From Camelus dromedarius (lineage: Eukaryota), in assembly GCF_036321535.1 (NCBI RefSeq), contig NC_087436.1, positions 108,440,001 to 108,504,000 on the forward strand: 64,000 nucleotides of DNA. Direction: 5' to 3'. The notes under the pieces are model-generated. The model was not told where the DNA came from, ran no database searches, and worked only from the letters and a program-made list of their open reading frames with translations. Both the position numbers and the translations under genes were made by a program. This document shows, one piece after another, positions 48,320 through 62,887 of this stretch; the first letter of the stretch is position 1, and each line of letters starts with the position of its first letter.

Positions 48320-49350
48320 TCTCTGAGACATGCCAAATCTAGCATGTCTAAATTGGAACTCTTGCTTTCCACCCACAAACCTTGTCTTTCTCCTAGTCCT
48401 CAGCTGAGGACACACTCTCAGCCCAAGTGCTCAAATTAAAAACTTAGGGGTTTATCTCAGCACCCATCCAAGCCATTTATTCATTTTCTCTTCAAATGCT
48501 TACTTATTTAGCACCTACTGTATGTCAGACATTGTTCTAGAGACTGGGGGATAGAGCAGTGACCAAAACGACATCCAAGTGCTCAGAGAACTGAAATTGT
48601 GGTGTGTAAAATACAAAATACCGAGTAAATACATCAGTATTAGCATATACCAAATACTAGAGCCAAATCACGTGCGTGTCACGCCATCTCCATTGCCTCT
48701 ACCCCCATTCCAGCCATCTCTTGCCTGGTCTCCTGAGATGGACTCAAAATTAGTTCTCCAACTTCCACCGTTCCCCAAGCACAATCAGTTAGCCACCCAG
48801 TTTTCAGAGTCTCCCTCAAAGTATTTATCAGCTAGCATTCTCCTACCAAAAACCTCTTGGTGACTTTCCTCCGCATTTAGTCTCAGAAATAGACTCCTTA
48901 GTGTGGCATCCAAGACCTCGCCAAACTCTTTTACTTGTCTCTTCACCATTTGAAAAGCTCCTGTGGCCTCCTCTCTGCCCCTCTGACACACTAAGTTCAT
49001 TCAAACCTCAGGGCCTTTGCACTTGCAGCACCTGCTTCATGTAATACTCTTTGTGAATATCTCATTCTCCTCATCATCATTTAGGCCTTAGACCAGATGT
49101 CACCTCCTCAAAGAAGTAGTTTCTGACCCCATTCCTACCACACCTCACTGCCACAACTCTGTTTATAACTCATTTTTTTTCCCCTTTATAGCATTTCCTG
49201 CTCTCTGATACTAGCTAGCTGGCTAGATGGGTGTTATCACTAAGCTTCATGAGGACAGTGCCTATTCAGACTTGTTCTGTTTGGTCTTCAGTGCCTAGAT
49301 AACATATCAGATACTCGAAATTAATTGAATAAATAAATAAATGAATGGGG
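48320..49350 (+). mobile_element. LINE-2 fragment(s), with a nested antisense L2 3' end at ~48475-48620
   Basis: CCTCAGGGCCTTTGCACTTGC, GATGTCACCTCCTCAAAGAAG and 3' end CAGTGCCTAG...GAATAAATAAATAAATGAATG. Confidence 0.7.
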
Positions 49351-50619
49351 AGCTATGATGAGTTGTCAGGATCAACAGATCACTTTGAAGCCCTCAACAT
49401 CATGAGCACATCAGTTTCATCTTTACACTCCAGTGTTTAGTCTAGTACTGTACATACAGCAGACGCTTAACAAATGTTTGTTCAGTAAGTGAATAAAATA
49501 GACGTTTTACTCCCTTGTACTTCTATAATAACATCTTGAGTTTGATACTGTTTTTCCTGTTTTAGAGGTAAAGATTCTGAGGTTCAAAGAAATTTTAAGA
49601 GACTTGTTTAATCAGAGGCAAAGAACAAGACAAAACAAACAAACAAAAACAAAAGCTGATCATCCCAGGGGCGGAGGGCGGGAGAGTTTAAGAAGATTAA
49701 ATGTCAGATGAGCAGATGCTGAAGAGGAAGGGAACATTGACAAATGGATTTGGCCTGAAGATGGATTTTGATAACTTTGATGAGGGCTGTATCAGGAGGA
49801 GAGTGGGTTTTGAGGAGGGAAGTTGTAATGAGAAAATAGAGGATGGGTATACGATAGACTATTTGAGAAAACAGAACGAAAACTCTTTTCAAACCCAGAT
49901 AATTTTATTTCTTGGAAATGGTGGAATTTAAACCTATTTAAACAAGGGTGAGATTAGAGCTGGTGGAGAGGGAGAGAGTCAAGGGTGGGCATGAGTGCTC
50001 AGGCAGTGAGAAGGGGCGGGCTGCCTCTCCCTCTGTAGTCCTGGCAGAGATGGAGAGGGCCCAGGCGCGAGGACATGGTGCAGCAGCCAGGGCTGTGTGA
50101 GGAGCTCATGCATGACTGACTTGGTCTCAGTAAGAGATGATGGGCAAAGGTGAAGGGTCAGCTTTGCCTGAGGTCAGAAACTTCAGGAAAAGATGATTGA
50201 AAACAGTGGTTCATTTGTTGAAGAGCCCAGGAACAGCTGAAGGTGATGACCTGGTGAGTGTGGACTCACGGCTGTGGGGCGTGGAGGTAAGCGTGCTTGG
50301 CATTCCAAGGACCTTGTTAGAAGGCAGAGCAATGGCATGTGGGAGGCCAGGATCCGGCGCTGGAGGGAGTACGTGCCAAGGACTAAAGTGTGAAAGAGGT
50401 TTTGGGAAAGATAAGCATCAGTTTGGTGACTGTTTTTACCCTTTTCTAAGTGTGTAATTTTGACCGAGTCATTTCTCTCCTCTTAGCCTTAATTTCCTCT
50501 TCTGTGAAAAAGGATTGCTAGCATTTGTGAGGACTAAAAAAAATGTACTGTGCCCTAAACACTTAGCAGAGGCTCTGAGTCCTGAGAAAGCTCAAAAAAT
50601 GATAGATAGGTAGGCAAAG

Positions 50620-51108
50620 ACCCAGAGAGGGTCTCAGACATTGTTTTACATCTTAATACCTAAGAACCATTTGAGAAAATGATTTTAAATGCCTAAGCCT
50701 GCCCTGAGGTTCTGAGTCTGTAGATCTGTAACTGGGCCTGGGAATATGCATTTTAACAAGCCATTGCTCTTGTGATGCTCTTATAAGCATCCATGCATCA
50801 CTCTGAGAAGAGCCTTGAGAAATGCAGTGATTGATGGGGTTGCTGAGAACGGAGCCAGCACTTTATAGTTACAGTGGTACTGGTATCATCACCGTGTTTG
50901 ACCCTCTAGAGTCAGGGTTCTTAATTTGTAAATACCTGGAAAGTTGTTTATTCCTCCATTCATTAATTTACATTTACAATGTTGTATATTCACTGCTCCT
51001 AAAACATCTCTCTGCAGGAGCATCAGCCTCAGAGATTCTAATTTAACTCATCTTGTTAAAATCATCCAGGTAGTTTTAATGTGGGGCCAGTACTGCAAAC
51101 TTCTGCTC
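50620..51108. mobile_element. Two decayed MER5-type DNA elements
   Basis: GGGCCTGGGAATATGCATTTTAACAAGC and CCTCAGAGATTCTAATTTAA...CCAGGTAGTTTTAATGTG. Confidence 0.6.
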
Positions 51109-54100
51109 AAGGTGTTGATTTGAAGAAAGATGTAAATTGCTATGTAATTTCGGCACTGTTTGGCATGCAAATTCCTTTTCTAGGACTGATGTACCATTTG
51201 TCTCTAGGGCTGAGTGCACAAGTGGTACTCAATAATGCAGGCTGGGTGTCTGGAGAAAGAGCTACGATTCTAGAACAGGTCGGCATGAACAATTGGTGTG
51301 AGTGAATTATCTCTGTCCTGCCTCAAATGTGGCCATAGCACGTGGAGGCATAAATAACCTCCTGGAATGTATTCTACTTTTTTCTCCCCAGAAGATTGCT
51401 TTCTAGCAATGCCTAAAGAGAGAGGTAGAGGGTAACACATTTTATACCTGTCGGCTGGATAACACAGCTGAATGAGCCAAAAATGAGCCTCAGAGACCCC
51501 TCACAGTGATCTGAGAAGGGACGTCAGGCTTTGTCGAGGCTGCACGTGAACAATGTCCAGGTGAAAAAGAAAAGAACTTGCTACGTCAATTATTTTAATG
51601 AAAAGGAACACTCAGTGTCAAGCCTATACCTTAGCCTACCCATGATGTGTCAGAAAGGTAAGAGCGTACCCTTTGATGTGAGGCTTTGTACTTCTGTGAA
51701 AGCTTACTTCTGAGACGTTCAAAGTGCTTCCCACGGACTTTCTCAGTCTCTTTCAACTCCTTTATGGGGTTGATGGCAAGTGTTACTCTCATCTCGCAGA
51801 TGATTGGAAAGCTGAAACGCAGAGAGGTTAAGTGGTGTGTTCAAGGTTTATCCTTCCGTCTTACAGGATGAGACTCAAGGCTCCAAACTTCCAGAGTCCT
51901 CACAGCTGGCCCTGTCACCTCTTTGCCTTTTCATCACAAGGTTAATGCATAATAGATACTAAAAGAAAAGAAAATGTATCTGCCAACGTGGAAGATGGAT
52001 ATTTTCAATTTAGTACCATCAATTGCCTGAATTGAGTTTTCTGCCAGGGTCACAATATCATTATTGATTCACAGCATGGGCAAATTTTTCACATTCATTT
52101 TTTTATTATTATCATTTTTGTTGGAAATCACACAGTTGTGTTAACATCATCAGTATTTCATCAGGTCTCCGTAAGGTGCTATCTTTAAGTGGTGGTGTGA
52201 AATGGTACAGTTTCTTATCACATTTCATTTCAATGTCAGAGAAAGGGTATTATTACAAAGCAACCTCTAACGCGTAGTCTACTTAAAAGATAACTGAGGT
52301 GTAATTATTTTTGAGTACAAGATAAATATTTTCCCCCTGGGCAAAATTTTAAATCAGAATAGTGGTTTGATTGTTCAGCACTCAAGTCGTTAAACCTTGC
52401 TCTAGGAAACCAACATCATATGAGGCTCACAGTGCCTTTAATTCAGGACTAACATCAGGACATCAGAGTTACTGTATGCATTTTAACTTGTGTTATCTGT
52501 TAAATTATGGGAACAATGCATGCAAATATAAAGTGAAAAGAATAAAATTTAGCTCATAGAGAAGGATTTAAGATGAAAAATAAACACCCTCTTCTCTGTA
52601 TCATTTTGTTAACTTTCTGCAGTGTACTACAATATACCAGATTCTAACAATATAGCTTGGATAGTTTTTCTTTAATTAGTTTCAACTGTATAAATCTAAC
52701 GTTTTATTTCTGTTAGTTACATGGTATTCCATTGTGTGGCTATATAAAATTTATTTAATCAAATTCCCTTGTGTAGGGCATTCAGGTTGTCTCTAGTTCT
52801 TTAAGAATTAAAAAAAAAAAGCTGTAATGACTGAACAACTCTGAATGTGAAGCAATTTTATATGTCAAAACAGGATACATTTGTATATAAGGAATTTCTA
52901 GAATACAGGGTAGCTAGAGTTTGTATATGTACCTTTTAAAATATGTATACATTCATAACATACATAGGTACATATGACTAAAATATATATTTATGATACA
53001 TATTACATATATTCACATATTTTAACATGCACTGGATATATATCGCTATTTTTTCCTGAGGAGATTTAAAACAAAAAAACACACCTCTTAAGCTCCAGCA
53101 TAAAGTAGCTACTAGATCAGAATCTCCTAGGGTGTTAGCTGAATATATATTTTTTTCTTTTTAAAGCCAAACAATTAATTCTGAATCACAGCTTAGTTAA
53201 ACTCTTCATCCCATAGGATTGCCAGACAAAACTGTAAAGATCTGTTTCCAGTCTATAATAGATGCAAAAAAATCTAGCTTTTAAAAATCATAAAGAACAG
53301 ATTTATCTTTTGCACATATTTGACACAGTAGAGAGGTCAGTATGAAATGTTGTGTCCTGTGCATTGCTTCTGAAAAACCAGCAGTACAATTCAGCATAAT
53401 AGTAGGTTTCTGCTTCATGGGGCAGGTATTTTTTAGTGACTGGCACTTACTGGAAGGATTAAGGTACCCACTCAAGCGGAACACTTGCTGTCACTATTCT
53501 GATGGAGGTTTCAGAGCTAAATAGAAAAGAACTGTGCAAAATCTATAGGAAAGAATTTTCATAGAACTTTCTAATTCTGTAGAATTTCTGTCTGTTGTTA
53601 TTATTATTACGATCCACAATTTTGTGCAGATATTAATACCTTAACAGTTCTGGAATTTTGAGCAGTAGTATAGTTGTCTGGATTCTTTTATGCCCACCTG
53701 TGGTCTTGCAGAGAACTATTCCTAGAAAATAAAAATGTAAGAACAGAATGAGATGCTTCAGCCTTTCTGAACAGTTCACTGCTCCCTTTACGCTTTTAGA
53801 AAATGTATTACTTGGATAAGATCTCGCCTAAAAGGTCTTAAGGGATATCAAGAAATCACCACTCTGAACCCTTCTTATTAAAAAAAAAATGTAGAAACCA
53901 GCTTTGTCACAAGACAGTTCCCTTGGTTATCAGGAAGCTATTGTGCTTGCATAGAATAACTAAACTGCTATCTACTATAGCTTATTAATGCTTCGAAGGA
54001 AAAAATTCTTTCATAGAAAAATGTTGCACAAGCCTTAATCTGGCATATTCAGTTTTTCATTCCCAAAATGTTGGTACATTTTGGAGTACCATGCTGATTT

Positions 54101-55081
54101 GAAGAGCAATCACATTTAAATAAAAATATTTTTGCATATTCTAAATGAACACTTTCATATAATCCTATTATATTAATGTATTTAACTCAGAGAAGAACAC
54201 AATGTTGTTGGGGGGTGCAATATTGGAACCAAAGGGGAAAGTAACTAACACCTGAGAATAAATCCTAGATTGTTTCATGTTTCACTGTCAAAAGTGATGA
54301 CACAAATTTGAGAATTTATGGTGCCTGTAGTGACCTTGACTGGGGCTAAGTGGGCAGCAACTGGTGTCCTTTACTGCTGAGCCCAGATTTAAGCTTCTTA
54401 CCACAGAAACAAGTTCATATTCAGACACTACAATTTATTAGACAAGTTAATGTGGGACAAATCATGTAATCTCTCTGTAGTTCAATTTCACTGTCTGTGA
54501 AATGGTTAAAATTACAGCAACTCTCTCACAAAATTGCTAGAAGGGTTATTTATTATTGGACATGCAAGTCCATTCTTGGACTTGGCACAGGGTCTAATAC
54601 ATAAGAAGCATTCACCATTATCCTCTTCAACTGGATACATCTCTGGGGCCGCTGTGGTTAGTTAACCATAGGAGAATTGTCCCCAGTCCCCATTCTTGGG
54701 AAATCTTCTATGAGCAGAGAAACGATAAAGGGAAGAGTAAAGGGAAGAAGTATTTGTGGGAACCTACTCTGTTCTTAACACATTTCATTTAATGTTTTCA
54801 CCCATCTTTACAAGGTCAAGAAAATAAAGCTTGAAAAGATTATTATTTGTCACAGTTCACAAAGTTAGCAGGATATGGAGCAAGTGTTTGAAACTTAGTC
54901 TGCTTGCAAGGTTGGAAGGAGACACTCAGCACTGACATACATACTTCATCCTACTCCAACCCAAGGCATCTCCAACGCCGTCCCTAATTCATAATGAAAG
55001 GAACTGCTGCTTTGAACTTCGATACTTCCATTTCAAATTAAAGGCTTCTATTCCTGTTAGTTTTCTGTTTTCCAGATCTGC

Positions 55082-55138
55082 TATATATATATATATGCAT
55101 ATATTACCACACATACACACATATATATGTATATATTA
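55082..55138. repeat. (TA)n/(CA)n compound microsatellite
   Basis: TATATATATATATATGCATATATTACCACACATACACACATATATATGTATATAT. Confidence 0.9.
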
Positions 55139-58100
55139 TCACAATGGTGGGATACCCAGTAAAATAACATAATTACCCCAAGGACTGAAAGTTAGCCTCT
55201 TCCTATTGGTTGGCCTCTGAATACAAGATATCAGGAAATCTAGACATTTCTACTCTAGACTCAAAAGAAAATATGATTTTATGGTCTAAATTGAAGATAA
55301 AATGTGTGCTTCGATTTGTTCAACTATTGTAGAGGGAAAGTATGTGGTACTTGCTAAATTTTTCACTAGTTGACCATTTGTGTTGGCATCATAGGGAAAT
55401 ACGATAGCAAAAGTATTGCCTTTAAGATTATTATAACCATCTTCCAATCATACTCAGCTACCTAATGGATGTGTGACTTTAAAAGTTGTTTAACCTGTTT
55501 GAACCTCAGTTTTCCAGGTGAATCTGAACAGTAATAGTACCTATCCCACAGAGTGACTATTTGGATAAATGAGATACTGTATTTGAAGCCCGTGTGCTGT
55601 GCCTGACCTGCATTAAGCTTGTCAGAATGGTACATGATATCAAGAACTGCTGAGCACCCCGCTTGTAGAAATGGGCTCCTTTACCACTGTAATAAGGATA
55701 GATTAATCCCAGATGGTAAATTGAATACTCAAACCCTTCTCTAAAAGCGAGAAGGACATAAATTCACATATAACCTTACCATGCCACTTGGCTGGATACA
55801 AAAACGCAGCATTTGGAAAGTCCTCATTTATTAAGGCTTTGGGCTGTGTTGGCAATCACTAGCGAACAACCAGGTATTTGGGGGAAAAAAAATCCAATTA
55901 ATGAGTCTATGCAGAGATCTCCAGGGATGAGGAGTGAATTTAAGCACAAATCATTTTAAAGATGTTCTTCATATACTGTGTTTGCTAATTGGCTAGACTG
56001 AACTTGTTCTAGCTCTGCTCCTATGAGGGCAGCAGCGAAGTTAAGAGCTTCAGGAAATTTCACAACATTTCAGCAGCTCTGGGCTCACGGACACAAGGGA
56101 ATATTAAGGCAGGTCCGAGGAGGGCTGCCCGCTTTTAAGTGGGGCACGCAGCCTCTGGCGACCAGTCACCACCCTTGTCATCACAGCATTACATAGGCAC
56201 TCTCACCATGCAGGGCTCACCCTTTTGTCTGAACTTCTCAGCCCCTGCAGGCATGTGAGTGTCTGGGCCACTTCAGAGTTTCTGCGTGTATCATCCTGCT
56301 GTCAGTGTCCTTTGGCTGCACCTTTCCTCTCCATGCTATTGGGACTGACTTCTAGAGGAAAACACCAGGATGACACCTAACCTCTTCCAGCTCCTGTCGG
56401 TCCCTGCAGTTCTGTCCCAACATTTTTAACTCTTTATTGCACCCTCCAATAGACTGAAGAGTTCTAATGAGCAAGAACCATATTTCTGGCTCACAAAATC
56501 ACAGCATCTTGCACAGAACTTAGTTCTGCACAGTTAGGGAATAATTGGTAAGGAATGGCTGACTGGGGAAATAGGAAATAGAATGTGGGATGGTTTAGAA
56601 ACTGGACCTGTCGGTGATAGCTGTGTGACTTTATAGCAAGTCATTCATCCTCCTGGTCTTATTTAATATATAATATAAAGGTTGGATTAGGGCTCTTCCA
56701 ATTTTAAAGTTCTTGGAGCCAATGAAATACCTAATCTCTCTTGTTCATTTTATCCCTATTTTAAGCTCAACTTCACTGACTTGGAGTAAGCTCCTGAAGT
56801 CTGTATAACCAGAATACTAGTAATATCATCCTTATCTCCTGGGGTCCCTGCAAGAACTAATTTATAAATAATGTGGAGAAACTTAGATGAAAGATAAAAA
56901 GAAATGGGAAATTACTTGTTATATATTTTCATAATTGCATTTTAAATGGTAATTGTTGTGGGTCTGTGTTTCACTTAAGAATAGAACTTCAGCTATTCGT
57001 GATTGTATAAAAAAATTAGTTCTAATTTTACATTCCTTTTTCCCTAAAGAATTAATTTTCTTTTCATTTTTCAACTTTTACAATATATATTTTTAAAACC
57101 CAATGGATCTGTTGCAATAAACCTGTGGACCCTGCATTATTATTTTATGAGAATAAAGTGTTTGCAATATGCTTCTCCCCACCAATCTCCCAAAGGCTAA
57201 CACGGTGCCCATCAAGAAGTAGGTGCATCATAGCTGTCTGCCACTTGAGTAAAAGAAGGAAAGCAAAAATAGCATCAATAGGAAAACAAAACAAAACAAA
57301 AAAACTCTTGACAACTGTGTGGCCTAAACAGTTGATGGAGCTCCAATGATGTTAAGCATTATGTCTTCAAACATTTTGTTTTAGCACTCGCATGTATTTT
57401 GCAGGATGCCTCAAGTGACAAATGTTCTGAAACGAAACTCTAATTAACAAAATCAGCTTAGGCTTGGAAGTATTTGGAGAGAGGGGTCTTCATCTCTTCC
57501 ACTTTGGAATGAGGTGGGGGCAGCTAAGATCAACGTTGCCAAGCATCCTGCCTTCTGGGCCCTTTGGGAGAGAGGGGACTAGGATGTTTGAAAGCAGAGA
57601 ACTTCCAGCAAGCCAGGGCTACGAGCTTCTGTCACTTGTGTGTAGAAAAGGGCCTCCCTTGAGTTGACGCTCTATGCGTGTGCACATCCCTGGATGACAG
57701 ACATCAGCAAGGGTGACTGTGGCCCACACGCAGACTGGGAGAATCTGAATCCCCAGTCTTCCTCATGTGCAGCAGAATTAACTATGGTGTCCCACAGAGC
57801 TGTAACTTCCTTAGCTGGAATAAATCCTTCTACTTTATTTATATGATACTTCTATCTAGTTATGAGATTTCTGCCACATACAGCAACACTTCCTCTTCAG
57901 TAAGGAACCTCCTCAGGATATTTGGAAAACTTCTATCCTTGTGTTCCCTTTGCTGGTTTTTATGTAATAATTCACAATATCAGTAGATAAAATATTACTA
58001 CTTGTGAGTGACATCTCAGCTGTGTGTTATTTTTGGATCTCAAAGTGATGCATACTATAGCTTTTGTCATTAGTGATAAAAGATTTACACTAATCTTTGT

Positions 58101-58411
58101 TCATCTCTTACGATCAAGCCACATATTTTAATACATTTGTTTGAGGCAGAGAGTACAAGGTTGTGACTGTGAAACAGAATTGTGTAATGCAGTTCACAGG
58201 AAAATTGCAACTAATGTTGCATTAGTGTCCCCCATGGCCCCAAGGTCTGGCCTCTTGGAGACAGGTTGCATCTGATCTTATGAAGGTATCATTTCATGAA
58301 CACTTCACAGCTTTAGAAAAATCTTATATGAACACTCTTTTCTGTACCTGCACATCTTCGAACCTTTTGTTTTGTCTCTTCTTTGCTTCTATATCTTAAG
58401 ATTGATTGCTT

Positions 58412-58894
58412 AGTATTAGTTTTCTATTGCTGTGTAACAAAGTAAGACAAATTTGGTGGCTTAAACCACTGCATTTATTATGTCACAGTTGTTGTGGGTC
58501 TGCACACAGCTTGGAGGTGTCCTGTGGTTAGGGTCTCACAAGGTGGGAATCCAGATGTTGGCCAGGAGTGGGCTCTCATCTGGTGGTTTGATGAAGGAGG
58601 GATCTGTTTCACTGCTTATATGTTTGTTGGCTGCATTCAATTCCTTGTGACTGTAGAATTCATGGCAGCTTGCTTCTTCAAAATCAGTAAGAGAGAAAGA
58701 GAGAGAGAAACTTGCAACCCAGACACTGCAGTGTTAAATAATGTAATCAAGCACATTGCATCACCTTTGCCAAATTCCCTTGGTTAGAATCAAGTCACAG
58801 GTGCTGCCCAAGCTCAGGGGAGACGATTACACAAAGATACGAAATTCAGCAGGTGGGAGGCATGGAGGGCCACCTGACGCACCTGTCTGCCACG
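58412..58894 (-). mobile_element. MaLR solo LTR (MLT1E/F-like)
   Basis: GTATTAGTTTTCTATTGCTGTGTAACAAA...GGTGGCTTAAA...TTGGTTAGAATCAAGTCACAGG...GTCTGCCAC. Flanks TGCTT/TGGTT fit a 5-bp TSD with one mismatch. Confidence 0.85.
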
Positions 58895-61627
58895 TGGTTC
58901 CCTCAGGTGCTCTCATTCTTGGTGTGGTCTCAGTTGTGCCTCTTGGATTTCCAGTTCCAAGTCTGACTGACTACTCTTTCTTATCTGACCCTGACTATTA
59001 GTCTTAGATATGATTCCTCCCACATAAGCTTATCACACGTGATTTACAGGGATTTTGTGTGTTTGTTCACTCCACAGATGTTTGTTAAGCTCCTGCTCTG
59101 TGAAAGTCATTGTGAAAACATGGAATATATAAAAATGAGCAAAAATAATGAACCAAAACAAAGACAAAAGCAAAGTGAAATACTGCGTTCATAGAGCTTA
59201 TAGGCATAGCTCCTTGAATCTGAGGTTCCTATCTGCTCACCCAAATTAGAAGTGAATAGAGACAAACGTGCAATTATAATTCTTCCAAGTGCCATGATAA
59301 GGAGTGTACAGGGGGCGGATGCGATGTGGTCAGGGCAGTCAGCGATGGCCGGAAAGTGGAGTAAGCCTCCAGAAACCCATCTACTCCTCATTGCCTAGAA
59401 AACGCATCTGCTTTCTCATTTTAACCTCGTAGAAATCTAATAAGACAGTATTAGTAGCTACATTTAATAAAAAAGAAAACTGAGGTGAATAAAGCAGTCA
59501 TAGGTCAAGTGGTTTGTAAGTCCTAAAGGTAAGATTTGAGACTGACTGTCATCCCACCAATGGCAGTACCCTGGATTTTTATTCATATTGAATATAAAGG
59601 AATTTGTTTCTCTTTCTATCTATTTTATCTGTATGTTGGAAATAGATGTATTAGGTTTGAGCAAATTATCAATCTGTGTTGACTTCTGATTCAGTAAAAT
59701 TCAAGATTTTTTTCTAAAATGAATTTTAATTTTAGTAGCACATAAACGATATTCAATTTGTCATTTTATTAGTAATGAGATGGAAGCTTTAATTATTGTT
59801 ATTGAGGACTTAGCAACTTAAGGAATCAGGTCTCAGAGATGCGTCTCATTTAAATGTGCATTTTAATAAAGCATTTGTTATAAAAGTTGAAAAATATTCT
59901 AATAGTTTCAGCTAACCTCAAACTTAAGTATTTGGTGATGCATTAAAAGGAATATTTTTAGAATCAGAACTCATCAACACTGGTGCAGAATTAACATTCT
60001 AGGTCTCAGTTTGATAGAGAATTCAACTGGAAAGACATTTTCCTCTCTGTAGGATTTGTGTGTTTGTATTAAATATTATAAATAGAATAGATCCATAGCC
60101 AATTGCAAATGGCTTCTTCCAAAATTCCTTTTTTTCTACTGGTATAAACGTAGGATTTCTGTCATTGTGAAACAGCATTATGGCTGGTAAACATTCATCT
60201 ATCCAAAAAGCAAAAATAAAGTATTCAAATTATCAAACAGTTTACAGAGAAGCTATTTTAGGAATGACTTTGATCTTTAGCCATCTACAGCCTGGTTTTG
60301 GTGAAAAATGGTATGAAAGTAAAGTATTTGTGAGTATTTGTTAATCTTCCACAATTAAGGAAAATGAATGAAAAATGAAAATGACCTTTTTATTAAAATT
60401 TTGAGCTAACTAAATGGGCCAATGCAAAGTTTCTTCCTCCTCTGGAAAGCCATTTTGGCTAGTGGTTGTCTCACTGACAATTTACCCATGTTTGCTACAA
60501 CTTGCTAAAGCTCTCCCAATCTCAGTGAATTTAGTAATTCTGCAGGAAAACCTACACTTCTTGCCTATGAGTCTTGGCACATGTAATTTTCTCAATAAAC
60601 TGACTAGTGATTTTCTCCAACCAGCAAGACTTCCAGCAATTCATGCAATAAGCATTCTAAAGAACAGGGTTTTTGTTTTGATTTTGATTCTGTAATCGTC
60701 AGTAATACTATGTTCAACAATGAAAAAAAGATATGAACTGGTTTATTAAACCAGTTACTGAAGGGCCAGAGTAAGTAAGGGATTTATTGTTTTGGCTTGT
60801 TTGTTGTTTCCTGCAGTGCAGAAACTATTTAAGTCACCTGATAATTACAGGTGGAGAGTTTCTAGTTCCTGGAGTTATTCATGCAAAGCTCATATAAGCT
60901 TACAGATGACTTCCATGGCCCCCTCGAACTCTGAGACTTCCAGGTTCCTAACACTCTGTGATGCATTGGGATGAGACCCTGTTATGAGGGCACCAACCTA
61001 CATTCTTAGGATCCTTTGCAGCTTTAATGCATAATGTCATTTGCTTAATAATTGTGAGTAAAGATATTTGCACAGAAACAAAAATTTCTTTCATCATTTC
61101 TATCTCTAAACATTAATAATAACTTTTTGGTCCAAATGCAGAGCTATTCTATGAAAGGTCTTGAAATGACTAAAGGCTGTTTTTAAATCATCATTGTACT
61201 TTTAATGATCACCAAAAATTAGCAAAGCTATCTTATAAAGAAGAGTCTCTATTATGAAGCAGTTATTTTTGTTCAGAGATTAAATACATATGAAGGAAGT
61301 ACCAGCTACTTCCATGAATCACCCTGAGAAGAGTGTCAAATTCATGGAGAGTAATGGCTATGACATTGATGTTGACAACAGTAATAGTAATAATAATAAT
61401 AACTAACAATAAGTACTAACGTATGTTAGACACTCTGCTTAGTATTTTAGATACATGGACACATTCAGTCACTGTACCAATCTGGGTACAATTATTATCC
61501 CATTTACAGATGATACCACAGAGACAGAGTCTCAAGAACAATATAATATTTGCTCATGTTCTCACCCAAGTGAAATGTTCACAAATTGCAAAGCTTTTTA
61601 TTACACAGGATCATTTGGTTAGTCATT

Positions 61628-61952
61628 TGGAACTAAAAGATATAGTGTTTAGAGATATAAAATATGTTAAAAATGAAATTGAAGCTATAAAGAAGAGCCG
61701 AGTAGAATTGGTAAACTCATTGGCTGAGATGAGAACAGATCTAAAGGCTGTGCAAAGCAGAATAGATAATGCAGAGAAACAAATTAGTGACCTAGAAGAC
61801 AGGACAACAGAAAAGCACCCTATCAGAACAACTGCAAGATAAACAAATAAAAATAAATGAAAGCAACATAAGGGACCTATGGGATAGTATAAAGCGTGCC
61901 AATCTTCACATAATAGGGGTCCCAGAAGGGGAAGAAAGATCAAAGGGGATTG
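61628..61952 (+). mobile_element. Isolated LINE-1 ORF1 fragment (coiled coil to start of RRM)
   Basis: Translates to ELKDIVFRDIKYVKNEIEAIKKSRVELVNSLAEMRTDLKAVQSRIDNAEKQISDLEDRTTE and, after frameshifts, NESNIRDLWDSIKRANLHIIGVPEGEERSKGI, a recognisable L1 ORF1p motif. Confidence 0.9.
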
Positions 61953-62887
61953 TGATGTATAATATATATTCAGAAAAGCACTTCCCCTTTCTCTGGCCCT
62001 TCCAACAATCCCAAGAGGTGGTAGGGAAGCCACCCCTCCACCCTGCCATGGCACCCAGGGCCATACTGCAGTCTGAGTGGCTGAATTGAGCCCTCTCTTG
62101 TAAGGAATCCATGGTGGGAAGCCTAGAGCTCAGCCAGCAGACTCTAGTCAGTACCTCAAGGCCTGCTGTGGAGCTTAAAACAAAACCAGATGATGCAAAG
62201 CAGACATAGAGCCTCAGCACCACTCGGAGAGTGACACATGCTGCCCAGTGAATCTCCTCACAATGTGAGACAGGCCCCATCGGCTGATTCCCAAGGCCTC
62301 TGTGATCTATTCCTGTTGTTTTTTAGCAGAGCTCCTCGCACCCCATCTGGCTCATTTGTCTGCGAAGACCAAAGCTTGTAACAAGCTCCACTCTGTGCTC
62401 TGCTGTTAGTCTGCACCTTTTTTAACCCAGAGACCCAGCTACAAGCCCCACTAAGTTGTCAAAGATGAACCTGTTGCCTCTTCAAGATGTGTTCACCACT
62501 CAAAAGGAGGGTCTTCGACCAAATAACAAATTTTTCTGATCATGAAAGCTAACTCATGTTGGCTGTAGAAAATTTTGAAAAATCTTTGGAAAAGCATAAC
62601 TAAAGAGGTTTTTTTTTTTTTTTTAACTACCCAAATTACCACTATTAACTTTCAGTGATACATATGCTAAGTAATTTTTCTGTGAACACATGCACAATCT
62701 GGATTGCACTGCATATGTTGTATATAAACTGCTTTTTTTCACCTCTTTTTTAATCAACAATACATCCTCGTTAAATATTCTGCGATATCATTTGTAAAAG
62801 CTCTGTAGAAATCCACATACATAAGCAAGTAAGGATATGCATTAATGTATCTAACCAGTTCCTTATGTTGGCCTATTTAGGTTCTTA

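Noticed and set aside
61423..61842. 139-aa ORF with a coiled-coil C-terminus
   Set aside because: Chance fusion of MIR-derived sequence and an L1 ORF1 fragment that frameshifts; no evidence of domestication.
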